In this document: in pieces, positions 26,961 to 41,275 of the stretch
Layout of the letters: each line of letters begins with the position of its first letter
Position numbering within the stretch: position 1 is the first letter of the stretch
DNA from: Octopus vulgaris
Taxonomy: Eukaryota
DNA: 64,000 nt
Assembly: GCA_951406725.2 (NCBI GenBank)
Contig: OX597819.1
Coordinates: 50,592,001 to 50,656,000, forward strand
Direction: 5' to 3'
Notes under the pieces: model-generated
Told to the model about the DNA's origin: nothing
Database searches by the model: none
What the model saw: only the letters and a program-made list of their open reading frames with translations
Translations under genes and position numbers: made by a program

Positions 26961-27184
26961 TATTTCTTTATTGCCCACAAGGGGCTAAACATAGAGGGGA
27001 CAAACAAAGGGATTAAGTCGATTACATCGACCCCAGTGCGTAACTGGTACTTAATTTATCGACCCCGAAAGGATGGAAGGCAAAGTCGACCTCGGCGGAA
27101 TTTGAACTCAGAACGTAACGGCAAATGAAATACTGCTAAGCATTTCGCCCGGCGCGCTAACGTTTCTGCCAGCTCACAACCTTA
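26961..27184 (-). mobile_element. SINE family A with 16-bp TSD
   Basis: CTAAGGTGATCATTCT (26945-26960) and CTAAGGTGATTATTCT (27185-27200). Confidence 0.9.
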
Positions 27185-28267
27185 CTAAGGTGATTATTCT
27201 AATCATCTCTTTTTCTTTTCTAAGCCACAGTTCATCTAAATATACGTTATCCGACATGTCCGCCATTTATTTTAGATGGTTAGTCCAGATTACTACGTAA
27301 AGCGCATAAAGCCCGTTTCTCGGTTTCTCTGACTATAGACGTAGTCCTCTTTGGGCGGGACCCAGGGCCGTCGCAAGGTTACTCTTTTTCACCAGCTCCT
27401 TGGACTGGACCAGGGTGAAGTGAAAGTCCTAGGCTTAAGGTTACAATACTCGCCTGGCCTAGAAATCGAAACCACAATCTTACGATCGTGAATGTAACAG
27501 GATAAGCACCAAGCCATGCGCCTCCACAATTTTAGATGGTGCAATGTAATTTGATGGTTATTTGGTTGCTATTTCTAGTAGATCGAACGGTCACTAATCA
27601 CATAAATTAAAAAAAGTGAACCCTTCGGATAATTGCCAAATTGATTTTGTCATTGTTGTTGTTTCACTCCAGCTCAGGCAATTGTCCAACAGATCTTTCA
27701 TGAAAGTGGATAATTTGAACTCATTTGTTTTAATCCTCTCAGACCTGAGTCCTTGTGATTAACTTTACTCTCCACTTGGGTTCGTGGCTCAATATGAAAT
27801 AGTCGCACATATAGCTCAAAAGTACTGATTGTAAGCAAACTAATGGACAGAATCAGCTGAATCTTCTTTTTCTCTGTTCGTCACCACTTTACTGGGAATC
27901 TGGCAAAAATGACGTTTACCCTATTCCCACTATAGTAAGTATACAACGTGACAGGGTTAAAACCAAAGTCTATCTTAATGATGCATTATCCAACGTATCA
28001 TTCTATTTTCTTAAGCCTCTACGGTGTGATTTAATGGATACTTAGCAGCCATTTTTTCTAGGTTGGTACACCACATAAAGTATCTGCGTACGACTCAAAA
28101 TGAATCAATTAAAAATATTGGCGTGAACTGTGCTTTTCTCTTATCTAACTTTAAATTTAAATAGTTACAACCGGAAGCAACTACAGAATTACTTATTATA
28201 TAGAAATCTTTTATAAAATCAGAAAATATCCGTTTGGAAAATTCTAGTGTAACAGGAGATAAAATAT

Positions 28268-28622
28268 TGGTTTCAAATCTTGGCAAAAGGTCAGCAAGTC
28301 AGGGGAAGGGGTTAAGTCGATTACATCGACCCCAGTGCTCAACCGGTACTTAATGTATCGATCCCAAAAGGATGAAAGACAAAGTCGACCACAGCGGAAT
28401 TTGGCCGCAAAACGTTAAGTTAGACAAAATTCCTATTTCTTTACTACCCACAAGGGGCTAAACACAGAGAGGACAAACAAGGACAGGCAAACAGATAAAG
28501 TCGATTATATCGACCCCAGTGCGTAACTGGTACTTATTTAATCGACCCCGAAAGGATAAAAGGCGAAGTCGACCTCGGCGGAATTTGAACTCAGAACGTA
28601 ACGGCAGACGAAATACGGCTAC
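28268..28622 (-). mobile_element. Dimeric SINE family A
   Basis: Two tandem arms, each with the B-box and Nin/Deu-like domain. Confidence 0.8.
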
Positions 28623-29539
28623 GTTTCAGCCAGTTCGTCTTGAGCTATTGATGTTGAGGTTCGGTATCCTCTCTAGTGTTGGTGAGCTAACAAGCGTCTG
28701 GGAAGGCCTGCATAGGCAACGGACACTAACCGTTCCTTTACTTCTCTGGCAAATTCTGGGGTTACTACGAGGAACTTATGGAAGAACGGAAGAAAACTCA
28801 GCAAACGAAGAACATTTATTTCTTCTGTAAGCGTGCAAAATAGGCTAGATTATCTTGAAAGAACTATCCACGATATCATTTAATGTTTCGAAAACTATAA
28901 CTTCACTATACAATATAAAGTGACACATACTAAGTCTATTCTTAACGAACGAGAAAGAGATGCTTTTAAGGCCACCATGATACAATAATAAATGTTGGTT
29001 ACGTGTGTCAAGTTGTTGTGGGAAATGTGTCTCTTTTTCTTTATTAGCTGTCTGAAAATATCAGTGAAGTGCTACATACCTATAAATCATCGCATCGTAG
29101 CAAGATTCATCATCGAAAGTATTGCTCTGTTAGACCAATTCAAAATAATAACAAAGCTTTAGCTTATGTACATTTGAAAAGATGATAAACTGCTAGAATA
29201 TTCCATTTATATCTGACATTAAATAAATTCTTAGAAAATACAATGGAACAACAGAAAATATTATCCTTCACATAGATTCCAACACCTATTGTGTTAAATG
29301 AGCTGATATCAAATAGAGATCTATATAGCTTTACGTCGAAATCACTTACTTCAGGGGTATGAATCTTAGTTAATTTTTAGCGCAAAGGAGAGAGAATACA
29401 TATGGTTATTTGATACAAAGCGTATAACTTACCAACAAAATTTCTCCATTTCACATACTTTCAAGTAATATTTACATCAACAGGGTAACTAAATCCTATA
29501 CGGTTCTATCAATTCTGATAATAAGCTTTGATTTATGCC

Positions 29540-29641
<102 letters not shown>

Positions 29642-29654
29642 AAGTAGAAGTAGT

Positions 29655-30055
29655 AAGGCGGCGAGCTGGCAGAAACGTTAGCATGCCGGGCGAAATGCGT
29701 AGCCGTATTTCGTCTGCCGTTACGTTCTGAGTTCAAATTCCGCCGAGGTCGACTTTGCCTTTCATTCTTTTGGGGTCGATAAATTAAGCACCAGTTACGC
29801 ACAGGTGTCGATATAATAGACTTAATCCGTTTGTCTGTCCTTGTTTCTCCTCTCAGTGTTTAGCCCCTTGTGGGTAGTAAAAAAGTAGGTATTTCGCCCG
29901 TCGCTACGTTCCGAGTTCAAACTCCGTCGAGGTCGACTTCACCTTTCATCCTTTCGGGGTCGATAAAATAAGTACCAGTTGAAAACTGGGGTCGATATAA
30001 TCGAATCATCCACTTCCTCAAAATTGCTGCCACTGTGGCAAAATTTGAAACCATT
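29655..30055 (+). mobile_element. Dimeric SINE family A
   Basis: Arm 1 at 29655-29888; arm 2 restarts at GTATTTCG and ends ...AAAATTTGAAACCATTATT. Confidence 0.85.
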
Positions 30056-30315
30056 ATTATTGTCATTATTATGATTATTGCTATTGTTATTGCTGTTGTG
30101 ACTGTTATTATTATTACGCTTGTGCATCCTGATTTAGTAAGCAGGTATTTTATCTTGAGCTCTGGTGACAACAAGTCTTTCCTATTCTCAAGATTCTTCA
30201 GGATTCTTGCAGAATACAGGATTGTACTTTTCGACCACGCGAGCTTCAGTTCAGTCTTTTAGGTAGCATTTTGGGTGTTGTGCCAACTTCACCAATTACC
30301 TCAGGAATAATAATA

Positions 30316-30378
<63 letters not shown>

Positions 30379-30382
30379 GGAA

Positions 30383-30415
<33 letters not shown>

Positions 30416-30470
30416 AATGATGATGATGATGATGATGATGATAATAATAATGATAATAATATTAATAATG

Positions 30471-30547
<77 letters not shown>

Positions 30548-30548
<1 letters not shown>

Positions 30549-31101
30549 CTCTGATGCAGTACCAGGCAGTGGCTCTCATGGCTTCTGATCTTAACTGATT
30601 GGAAGTGTTATCATGTACATTGTTTTGTCTTGGTATAAAAGATGGGCTACAGCAAATATTCTGCTCAATACCACAGATTTGCTTGTCAGTTGTTTGACCT
30701 TAACCAGTTGAGCATGTCCCTTAGTGGCTGACGATATGTGCATCTCTGATCACGAGCAGAAGTAGTGGGGGAGCATCATAGTCATGTGTTGAGAGGAATT
30801 CTTTGGGGTTTGAATAATTCACCTCTGGAAACATGGGTGTTTCGTTCAACATCCTTAAACAACCCTTATTCAGGGACCTTTTGAGCGGGATGGGTTACTC
30901 GATCTGAAGAAAATTCTAACTGGGCTCCACCTGCAAGGTCATGTGCTGTTTATCTTGATATGAGATCACCATGTCGCGCACATATGGTTGTGATGCATGT
31001 GCCTGGTGTACCCTTATCAGACGGGTAGTCATGATGGGTATACTGGGCTTCGTATATTTTACCCCAGTGTCACTTTGATGGCATGCTCTGCTCGCTCACT
31101 C
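30548..31101. mobile_element. 554-bp unclassified non-coding element embedded in (TAA)n
   Basis: Complex sequence with sharp borders and (AAT)n immediately on both sides. No TIR, tRNA head or convincing ORF seen. Confidence 0.55.
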
Positions 31102-31116
31102 AATAATAATAATAAT

Positions 31117-31297
31117 GTGCTAGGAACTATCCCTAAAAATCTGAACAGATATGTAGACGAAATAAGCATAAAACCAAGTTTAGTACAACCCTAGAAAGCA
31201 GTGTTATTAGAGACAGCTAGGATACGTAGAAGGGCTCTTGGCATGTAAAGTTACTTGTTGTAGCCCGATGTTAGGATCTTTTCTTTTCCAACAGTGT
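31117..31297 (+). mobile_element. 3' end of R4/Dong-like RLE retrotransposon
   Basis: VLGTIPKNLNRYVDEISIKPSLVQP*KAVLLETARIRRRAL plus short 3'UTR ending in TAATAA. Same family as 33450-33570(-). Confidence 0.7.
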
Positions 31298-31326
31298 AAT
31301 AATTATGATGATGATGATAATGATGA

Positions 31327-31471
<145 letters not shown>

Positions 31472-31526
31472 AATAATAATAGAAAGGATCATGATTATTA
31501 TTAATAAAAGTGTTATTATTATTCAT

Positions 31527-32692
31527 TGTCTTTGCACAGCTTCTAATACTGAAGAGGTACAACGGTGCCATCTGTTCACTACCAGTGAACTAAGGTAACA
31601 CCCTTTACTTTTCGAGCACCATCGGAATATTTGAGTGGTTCCAAGCAGTGCTGTTTTCTGCAAGTGCTCTAATCCTTGTTGCAGCCCTTATTTGTTCCAT
31701 GTACTTCTCAAGATTTTTACTCACTGTTCCCAGGGCTCGGACAATTATTGGTACTACTACCATCTTTTTAATCGACCACAACTGCTTAACCTTCCAAGTT
31801 AACCTGTCATATCTATCGACTTTTCTTTCTTCCTTATCGCATACCTTGTTGTCAGCTGGGCATGCTATATCTATGATTCAGCATCGTTTGCTTTCTCTCT
31901 CAATTAACACTATGTCTGGCTTCCTATTCTCTATCTCATGGTGGCACTGAATCATAAAATCCCATATGATTTTTGCATTATCATTTTCGATGAGGCCTTC
32001 GGGTTTATGTTCGTACCACTTTTTTGCTGTCAAGTTCATGCTTGTTGCAAAGTGTCCGATGGACAATCCTTGCTATATTGTCATGACGTCTCATATTCTT
32101 TCTGGGCTACTGGCGTACATTGACTGCACCATTTTGTCCACAAATTCTGCACTTGCTACTTTCTGATGTGTTGTCTATTCTGTATTTGATGTAATTCGTT
32201 CTTAATGCTTGCTCTTGGGCAGCACAAATTGGAGCTTCCGTTTCCGGTTTTATATCAATTTTGTCATCCATAGCCATCTGTTTTCTTTGTGTGTTTTATC
32301 TTCAACATCCCTATGGAGATTGTCCATGCAGTCTTTTCTTTATCCATCTATTTTCAGTTTCATTCATTCTCAAGTCCTTGTACAGTGCTTTATCTTTGCA
32401 ATCTTCCATCCTACACAAGCCTAACCTTCTTACTTCCAATAACAGTGGTTCTGTGGCATTTTTTTTACATATCATGCTATGTTGTTCTCTTCTACTCTAA
32501 TGCTGTGTTCGCATCCAATCAGTCCTTTCCCCCTCTTTTCCTAGGTACATACAGTCAGAATGTGTCACTTTTTGGGTGGAGTATCATATATCTAGTCAGC
32601 AACTTCCTCATCTTTCTGTTTAAGCTGTTTAGTTGGTCTACTGTCCATGCGATTACCCCTGCTCCATTTCAAAGTAGTAACACCGCCCAGGT
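31527..32692 (-). mobile_element. 5'-truncated, decayed R4/Dong-like non-LTR retrotransposon
   Basis: Minus-strand peptides PRKRG..GL, ETEAPICAAQEQALRTNY..CRICG (zinc knuckle) and WDFMIQCHHEIENRKPDIV (PD..D restriction-like endonuclease). 3' end runs into (AAT)n. Confidence 0.85.
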
Positions 32693-32746
32693 TTTCTTCT
32701 TCTTTTTCTTCTTCTTCTTCTTCTTCTTCTTCTTCTTCTTCTTCTT

Positions 32747-32824
<78 letters not shown>

Positions 32825-32990
32825 AGGCGCAGGAGTGTCTGTGTGGTAAGTAGCTTGCTTACCAACCACATGGTTCCGGGTTCAGGTCCACTGCGTGGCA
32901 CCTTGGGTAAGTGTCTTCTACTATAACCTCGGGCCGACCAAAGCTTTGTGAGCGGATTTAGTCGACGGAAACTGAAAGAAGCCCGTCGTA

Positions 32991-33053
<63 letters not shown>

Positions 33054-33220
33054 ATATATATATCTATGTATGTATGTATGAGTGTGTATATGTTGTGTAT
33101 TTGTGTTTGTTCCCCCACCCAACATTGCTTGACAACCGATGCTGGTGTGTTTAAGTCCTCGTAACCTAGTGGTTCGGCAAAAGAGGCCGATAGAATAAGT
33201 ACTAGGCTTACAAAGAATAA
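32825..33220 (+). mobile_element. SINE family B, 3'-truncated
   Basis: GGCGCAGGAGTG head, CORE-like domain and internal (TA)n. Confidence 0.85.
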
Positions 33221-33224
33221 ATCA

Positions 33225-33570
33225 TCAGATATAGTTCCTAATACACCTACAACTACTGGGACACATTTTACCCGCACTTACCTTAGTCTCTTTAATTCAA
33301 TGTCTAGGTTCTGGTACTTCGCTATTTTTCCTATTCTTCTCATGTTGAGTTTTTTCATAATTTTGGACTGTATTTAACTCTTTCTATTCTCTTTGTCTAC
33401 TACTACTAAGTCAGGGCTTCTAGCTTCAATTATTATCATTATCATTATTTACATATGCACTCGACAGATTAGACTGTCGGAAAAGAAAAGATTCTAAAAT
33501 CGGGCTACAACAAGTAACCATAGCTGCCAAGAACACTCCTAAGTATTCAAGCTGTTCCTAATAACACTAT
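33225..33570 (-). mobile_element. Two further R4/Dong-like fragments
   Basis: 33225-33432 reads IEARSPDLVVVDKE..KIAKYQNL..VPVVVGVLGTIS. 33450-33570 reads VLLGTA*ILRSVL plus a 3'UTR matching 31200-31297. Confidence 0.65.
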
Positions 33571-34062
33571 TATTGTTAGTATTATTGTTGTTGTTGTTGT
33601 TGCTGTTGTTGTTGCTGTTGGTGTTGCTGCTGCTTTTCTTGTTAGTCATGTAGCTAAATATTTATGCAATAATCTTGACATATTGGGATTCCCAACCCCC
33701 AAAATAGACGTATCGTTTTCGAAATAACGTGCTGACAGAGGATCAGTTTAACATTTCTAGTAAATTCCATCAAATAACTCCCGCATGAGGTCCTTATAAA
33801 TTAGTAAGGTTTCTATTTAATAGTGTTTAGAATTAATTTTAAATTGGGTTGCATTACATGATTTAACCAATATGCAGAAAACGAAGCATCCAGTTTCTTC
33901 ATATTTTGAGAACATGACATAGTTTATTTTATCAATATACAGGTATTAACAAATATCTAGGATAATAACATGAAATGCGTTTTGAAAAACTCACTGAGTT
34001 TGGAAGATGTGGTTTTCATGATTTTGGCAGGCCCTCGTAGACCGGTAAGGTTGATGTCATTT

Positions 34063-34127
<65 letters not shown>

Positions 34128-34155
34128 GCTATTGAAGGTGCTGCTGCTGCTGCTG

Positions 34156-34198
<43 letters not shown>

Positions 34199-34477
34199 AA
34201 CTACTACTACTACTACTGTCACCTTTACCATTACCAACACTTCATCTCCACCACTACCACCACCACCACCACCACCACTACCACTACCACCACCACCACC
34301 ACCACCACTACCACTATCACCACCACCACCATCACCACCACCACCACCACTGCACCACTACCACCCCTACCACTACCATCACTCCCACAACCCCCACCAC
34401 CATCACTACCACCACCACCACTATCAACACCATCACCACCACCACTACCAACACCACTACTTCTGCTGCTGCTGCTG

Positions 34478-34508
<31 letters not shown>

Positions 34509-34593
34509 TACTACTACTACTACTACCACCACTACTACTACTACTACCACCACCACCACCACCACCACCACCACCACCACCACCACCACCACC

Positions 34594-34648
<55 letters not shown>
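34063..34648. repeat. Compound (CTA)n/(CCA)n/(CTG)n microsatellite block
   Basis: Direct inspection. Similar blocks at ~37690-38390 and, as degenerate GGT, ~61680-62220. Confidence 0.95.
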
Positions 34649-35617
34649 TCATAGCAACTAACATGCTAACTTCTACAACTATTTCGTAGGCCCTCGTAGA
34701 CGGGTGAGGTTAACGCCACTTAATATTCAGCTTAAATCTTGGCAAATGACCGCCAGCAGTAAAGACATGAGCAGGAGAAGGACATTCCAGTAGGTTAACA
34801 TTTTGGGGAGGAAGGACTGGGTGTAGTGATTTGTTCAAAGGTTGGAAAAAGGCGTGGACAAAACAAAGATGATGATAAGACGGACGAGAGGGTTCGGGAA
34901 TGCCTACGGGAAGATAACATGAGTGCGACCAGCAATGCGAAGAAAGGGGGGGCCATCTGAGTAGTAGAAAGAAAGACATTCATATATAGGCGGGACTCCA
35001 GCATGGCCTTAGGTGCAATGGCCAGAACAAACTAAAAAGTATGTTTGATGAATTTGTTAATGCAAGATACTTTACTAATGTTTGCAGTTGGTAGAGCCGG
35101 TAAATCCAAAATTGTTTGAGAGTAACACTTCACTCGAATTAAAGTATCCACTCGTCTGAGGTAAAAGAAAACACTTTGCTTATTGCGGCGACATTCAGCT
35201 TTCTAGAATAAAACGTTTCCTTCCCATTCACATCATTCGCATGTTTAGACAGCTAAAGTAGTGCAATAGATTCGTGGTTGATGGTGTGTGTGTTGGTAGA
35301 GTTTACGAGTTAGTGGCGGTTTTGTTTATAATGGTAACGGCAGCAGTGACAGTGGTAGAGGGACAGAGGTGTTTGCAGCTACTTCACCTTGGGAAAAGCA
35401 GCTGATGTCAACTTGTAAGAGATTGGAATATCCTGAAACCTTCCAGATGAGTGCGGAAACAATCCAAACGAAATAGAAAATACATTCTCTGTTGCTGCAA
35501 TCCAAAGATTTCTCTCCTTCAGTGACCGATCCTGAATGAAGATAATATTGACACACGTATAATACATACATAGATAAATACACACATACACACATACAAA
35601 CACAGACACACGCACAA

Positions 35618-35666
<49 letters not shown>

Positions 35667-35737
35667 GGTGTGGGTGTTTGTATTTATATACATATATATA
35701 TATACATGTATACATTCATATATACATTCATATATAA

Positions 35738-35790
<53 letters not shown>

Positions 35791-36008
35791 CATATATATA
35801 TATATACATACACACATAATACGTACACAGATAAATACATGTACATGCTCTCAGCAGCACATATACAGATACAAACATACACGTATATAATGCACACACA
35901 CATATGTACATACAAATACATACATATATATATATATACACATTCACATATGCATATATATATGTATATGTATGTATTATATATATATATATATATGTAT
36001 CATATATA

Positions 36009-36057
<49 letters not shown>

Positions 36058-36063
36058 TATATG

Positions 36064-36099
<36 letters not shown>

Positions 36100-36765
36100 T
36101 TACACACATCATTTTCTATTTCTATAATTACATAAAGATATAACTATAACTGTGCTTGTGCGTATGTATGTATATAGGATCATACTTACCATCATCGTCG
36201 TTGCACATGCGCACACCGTCCAACTGTTTCTCACTGATTCTGCAAACATTTTCAGAGAAATCACAATCTCTTGTATCAAATGTTTTTACTTATTTCTTTC
36301 TTCGTTTATTTCTTCGCCATTCCTTGTCGTTTATTTCTCTAGTCATTCATTTGATGCAAATTATAGTATGAAATTAGAGGAAGAAGAAAAAGAAGAAGAG
36401 TGTGGAAGAAGGAGGAGGAGGAGGAAGGAGGAGGGGATGAAGAAGAAAAAGGAGGGGAAGGAGAAGGAATGGGAGGAGAAAGAGGAGGAAGAGGAGAGGA
36501 TGAAAAAGAGGAAAAAGGAGGGGAAGAAGGAGAAGAAGATGAGGAAGAAGAAGGGAACGAGAAAAGGAAGAAAATGATGGAATGATGAAGTAGATGTAGA
36601 AGAAAGAGAAGTGGAGTAAGAGGAAGAAAAAGAAGTAGGAGAAAGAGAAGAAGAAAAGGTGGAGGTGGAGGGGGAAGAAGAAGAAGAAGAAAAAGAAAGA
36701 GAAGGAAGTCCAAGATAAAGGAAAAAGAAAAGGAAACAATTTTTACTATAATAATAATGATGGTC

Positions 36766-36826
<61 letters not shown>

Positions 36827-36896
36827 TGATGATAATAATAATAATAATAATAATGATGATGATGATAATAATAACAACAATAACAATAACAATAAT

Positions 36897-36965
<69 letters not shown>

Positions 36966-37723
36966 GATGATGATGATAATAATAATAATGATAATAATAA
37001 TTCCATCAAGCAGCTTATAGCATATCAGAGAGAAGAATGAACAGAAAAATATCTTATTTTGAAAAGAAAGTTAACTTAAAGCTATCAACTGTTTTACAAT
37101 TTGCAATTTAAAAGTTTTATTGCAATTTATTTTAAAACATGTTTTGTTGTCGAGTTCTAATTGAAATTCTCCACTGAATCCTAATGAGCAATACTCGGTT
37201 GTAGCTTGCCTCTCCATACCTATTCTAACTGGCCTCCATTCTTATATAGGCTTTCTTTTAAATGCTCTTGTAGTGTTTTTTTTTTTTTTAATTTTCTTTA
37301 TTTCTTGTTCGTCAAGAAACGCCAAAGGCTAAAATAATACAAACATTTTTCCATTAATCAACATTTTATTTGTTTGCATTGATATATATTTGGTGTTTTT
37401 GTTGAATAATATTTTATTCATTGTTTTTGTTTGTTTGTTTGTTTGTATAGCATTTTTTCTTCTTTCTTTTTTTTTTTTTTCTTAGAAAAAAATTATCGTT
37501 ATCATTCGTCAACTAGAAATCAAGAGCTGCAAATTTAAAATATCTCCAGGGCTGTATTAACATTACCCTACCATAACAACCAATTTAACGCCATTTTGTA
37601 GGAATTCGAAAAAAATAGAAAGAAAAATTTTTACAAAACGAATGAATAAATAATAAATAAAAATATCGGGTGGATTATAAATAACGACAAACTACTACCA
37701 CCACCACTATCACCATCCCAATA

Positions 37724-37782
<59 letters not shown>

Positions 37783-38076
37783 CACCACCACCACCACCAC
37801 CACCACCACCACCACCACTACTACTACTACAACTACTTGGTACCACCACCACCACCACCACCACCACCACCACCACCACCACCACTACTACTACTACAAC
37901 TACTACCACCTCCACTCCGTCACCATCACCCATCACTACTCTACTACTACTACTACTACTACTTGTACTTCTACAACTACCACTACAACTACTACTACCA
38001 CCACCACCACCACTACTACAACTACTACTACTACCACCACCACTACCACCACCGCCAACCACCACCACCACCACTA

Positions 38077-38115
<39 letters not shown>

Positions 38116-38356
38116 TCAACATCACTACAACCACCACCACCACCACCACCACTACTACTACTACTACCGACACCACTACAACCACCAACACCACCATCAC
38201 CACTATTACTACTAATACTACTACAACTACCACCACCATCACTATGACTACTATTACTACCAACACCACTACAACCACCGCCGCAACCACCACCACCACT
38301 ACTACTACCATCCCACCCACACTGCCATCACTACCACCGCCACCGCCGCCACCGCT

Positions 38357-38390
<34 letters not shown>

Positions 38391-38783
38391 AACCACCATC
38401 ATGACGACGATAGAAACTGAGCCACTGAAATTGATAGAACAAAGAAACGAGTTGACATGTCCACGCATACCGTTTTCTTCTTCTTCTTCTTCTTCTTCCT
38501 CAACCTGTGACGACGCTCACTATGCTTTTCTGATTTGATTCGTTTAAGTTGATGAGGAATAGATTAAACCTTCTCTTGGATAAGTCGCCGACCTTTAACA
38601 CGTAATCTTCCCAGAATATCTTGAAAGTAATCTCGCCAGTTAAGCGGAATTAAAGCCAATGAACTAACTGCTCCATCTTCAGGTTCTACATAACATCTGC
38701 TCTACGCTGCATTCGAACTCGCCGTCTTGTCCTTCATACCTTTAACCAATTCATTTCTATGAATATTATTAATTCTAAAAATC

Positions 38784-38818
<35 letters not shown>

Positions 38819-38957
38819 TGTGTGTGCATCGTAGCTGGGTTGTTTAAGAATGATGATGGTGATGGTGGTAGTTGTAATAACAACAGCAGCAGTAGTAGCA
38901 GTAGTAGTAGTTGTGCTTTGTCGTTTTTTGGGTTCAGTCCAGCTGCGCGGTACGCGA

Positions 38958-39330
38958 GGTAAGTAATTTTTTACCAACCACATGGTTCCGGGTTCATTCC
39001 CACTGAGTGGCACCTTGGGCAAGTGTCTGCTACTATAGCCTCGGGCCGACCAAAGCCTTGTGAGTGAATTTGGTAGAGGGAAACTGGAAGAAGCCCGTCG
39101 TATATATGTATGTGTGTATATGTTTGTGTGTCTGTGTTTGTCCCCTCACCATTGCTTGACAACCGATGGTGGTGTGTTTACGTCCCCGTAACTTAGCGGT
39201 TTAGCAAAAGAGACTGATAGAATGAGTACTGGGCTTACAAAGAATAAGTCCTGGGGTCGATTTACTCGACTAAAAGGCGGTGCTCCAGCATGGCCGCAGT
39301 CAGATGACTGAAACAAGTAAAAGAGTAAAA
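38958..39330 (+). mobile_element. SINE family B
   Basis: Collinear with other copies. An older copy lies at ~40015-40400. Confidence 0.85.
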
Positions 39331-39349
39331 GAGAGAGAGTGAGAGAGTG

Positions 39350-39985
39350 TTCCGGACCCCAGTTATGAACTCATTTGCATACAGCAGTCAGAGCTCAGCT
39401 ATCAAACTAGTGTCCACCTAGTCACGAAAATACTCTGGTTGAGTTCAGTGGAAAATGTGCGTTATAGCAAAATCTAATTGTTCTAAACGGGTTAATAGGG
39501 GTGACAAATGTGAAATTTAGTGTATAAAGTGAATGGAGAGCTGCTCACCGATGATGCCATAAGTGTTGCCAATTTGCGTGATTTACTCGAAAATGTAAAT
39601 GAGTGTAGTTTCCTAATTTTTTTACGGATTTTGTACATTCCTAATTTAAAACGTTGGTGTTGATCTGGAAACATCGTAATCAATATGGCGTTGTGTCGTA
39701 TTGCGCCCTCTTTGTATATATCAATGGGTACCTGCAGTATCACTAATCTCAGTCTGAGCATCGGTACCTAATGTTAGCTCCATATAGAGATGGTGTTCAA
39801 TTGATCTATGAGGATGATGGAGGTGGGGAATGTAGTGCTTATGTGAGACCTGCTATGCTGTACTCACAGAGTGGCATACACCATTCTGTACCTGACTGGC
39901 TGTACTGTAGTCGTACAGTACAGACTGGCTGTACTGTAGCTCTGATTTGCCTGTATGCAAATGAGTTCATTACTGGGGTCAGGAA
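39350..39985. mobile_element. ~635-bp segment bounded by ~50-bp inverted repeats (non-autonomous DNA transposon candidate)
   Basis: TTCCGGACCCCAGTTATGAACTCATTTGCATACAG versus CTGTATGCAAATGAGTTCATTACTGGGGTCAGGAA. Confidence 0.6.
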
Positions 39986-41058
39986 TTCTCGTGGGAAAAA
40001 AATTTCGCGCGCAGTACCTTGGACATGAGTTGTCTACTATAGCTCCGAGTTGATCAAATAATTTGTGAGAGAGAGTGGAAACTGCGTGGGAGTCAGTCAT
40101 GTATGTACCTGTGTATGCACGTGTGTGTGTGCGTGTGTGTGTGTGTGCGCGTGTGTGTGTGTCTGTGTGTGTATTTGTGTGTGTGTATGTGTCTATGTTT
40201 ATGTTTGTTTCTCACCCACAATCACTTGATAACCAGTGTTGATTTGTTTATGTCCCTGTAAATTAGCGGGTCGGCAAAATAGCTCGATAGAATAAGAACC
40301 TGATTTAAAAAGGACATAAATACTGAGTCGATTAAGACTCTTCAAGACGGCGCCTCAGTTTGGCTGCCGTCCAATGACTGAAACAAGTAAAAGATAAAAG
40401 ATTAAAACGCAAATATCAACAATATATACAATAATTGCTAATACTTGCTGAATTATTCAGATATTTCATTTCTGGACAACATGAAAATATTTCAAGAGGA
40501 CGTTAAAATAATGATTCCTGCCTTAGGTACTAGACCACAAATCTTGGATAGGAATCAATCGATTAAATTATAGTTCTAGTTTACGTTCTTATTTCGTTGT
40601 GTTTTTTACTTTCCTTTTTTCTCCTTTCTTCGTATCTTCTCCTGCCTACGCAGTAATCAGTTGTATTCCAATTAGAATGCATATGAATTCTACCCATGTC
40701 AAAAATCGTGTGATCACAGCTTCCAGATCAGTCATCCTTGTGATGCTGTAATCAGAGATTATAGTTTACTCAACCTATTTAACCACAAATTGTAATAACT
40801 AATAACCATTCGTTATCATGTGATCACATATCACTCACCAGTTGCTTAATGTAATAGCAACTTGTAGACATACCATCCGATATTATTGTAGCTTATAGAT
40901 TAAATCATCCCATGGGTTCAGAACTTGTATATTAGTCATCTTACATGATGTGATCCAGATTAAAGGTCTGTTATTTTGTGAGACAACAGTTCCTAGATCT
41001 GTCATCTCATAACGATCACTAGCTGTAGATATGTCATCCCATGTCGTGAAATACTGTA

Positions 41059-41275
41059 GGAGGGGTGCTGGAAAGTTCTTGGCCTTAAGGGTATCGCCAA
41101 AGGCCTGGCTGGAGGCCCAACCTTCCAAGTTTATTTTACAGGGCTTAGAAACGCTGAAGGACCGCTGCAATAAGTGTGTGCTTCTGAGAGGAGAATATGT
41201 TGAATAAAATCATAATTAACTGATCCTCCTGTATTTTCTTTTACCCAAAGCCAGGAACTTTTCAACATTCTGTCA
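41059..41275 (+). mobile_element. Non-autonomous mariner deletion derivative
   Basis: TIRs GAGGGGTGCTGGAAAGTTCTTGGC / GCCAGGAACTTTTCA. Retains the transposase C-terminus ILQGLETLKDRCNKCVLLRGEYVE*. Confidence 0.8.

Noticed and set aside
35385-35535. Possible minus-strand exon with two open frames
   Set aside because: Weak donor and no recognisable protein similarity.
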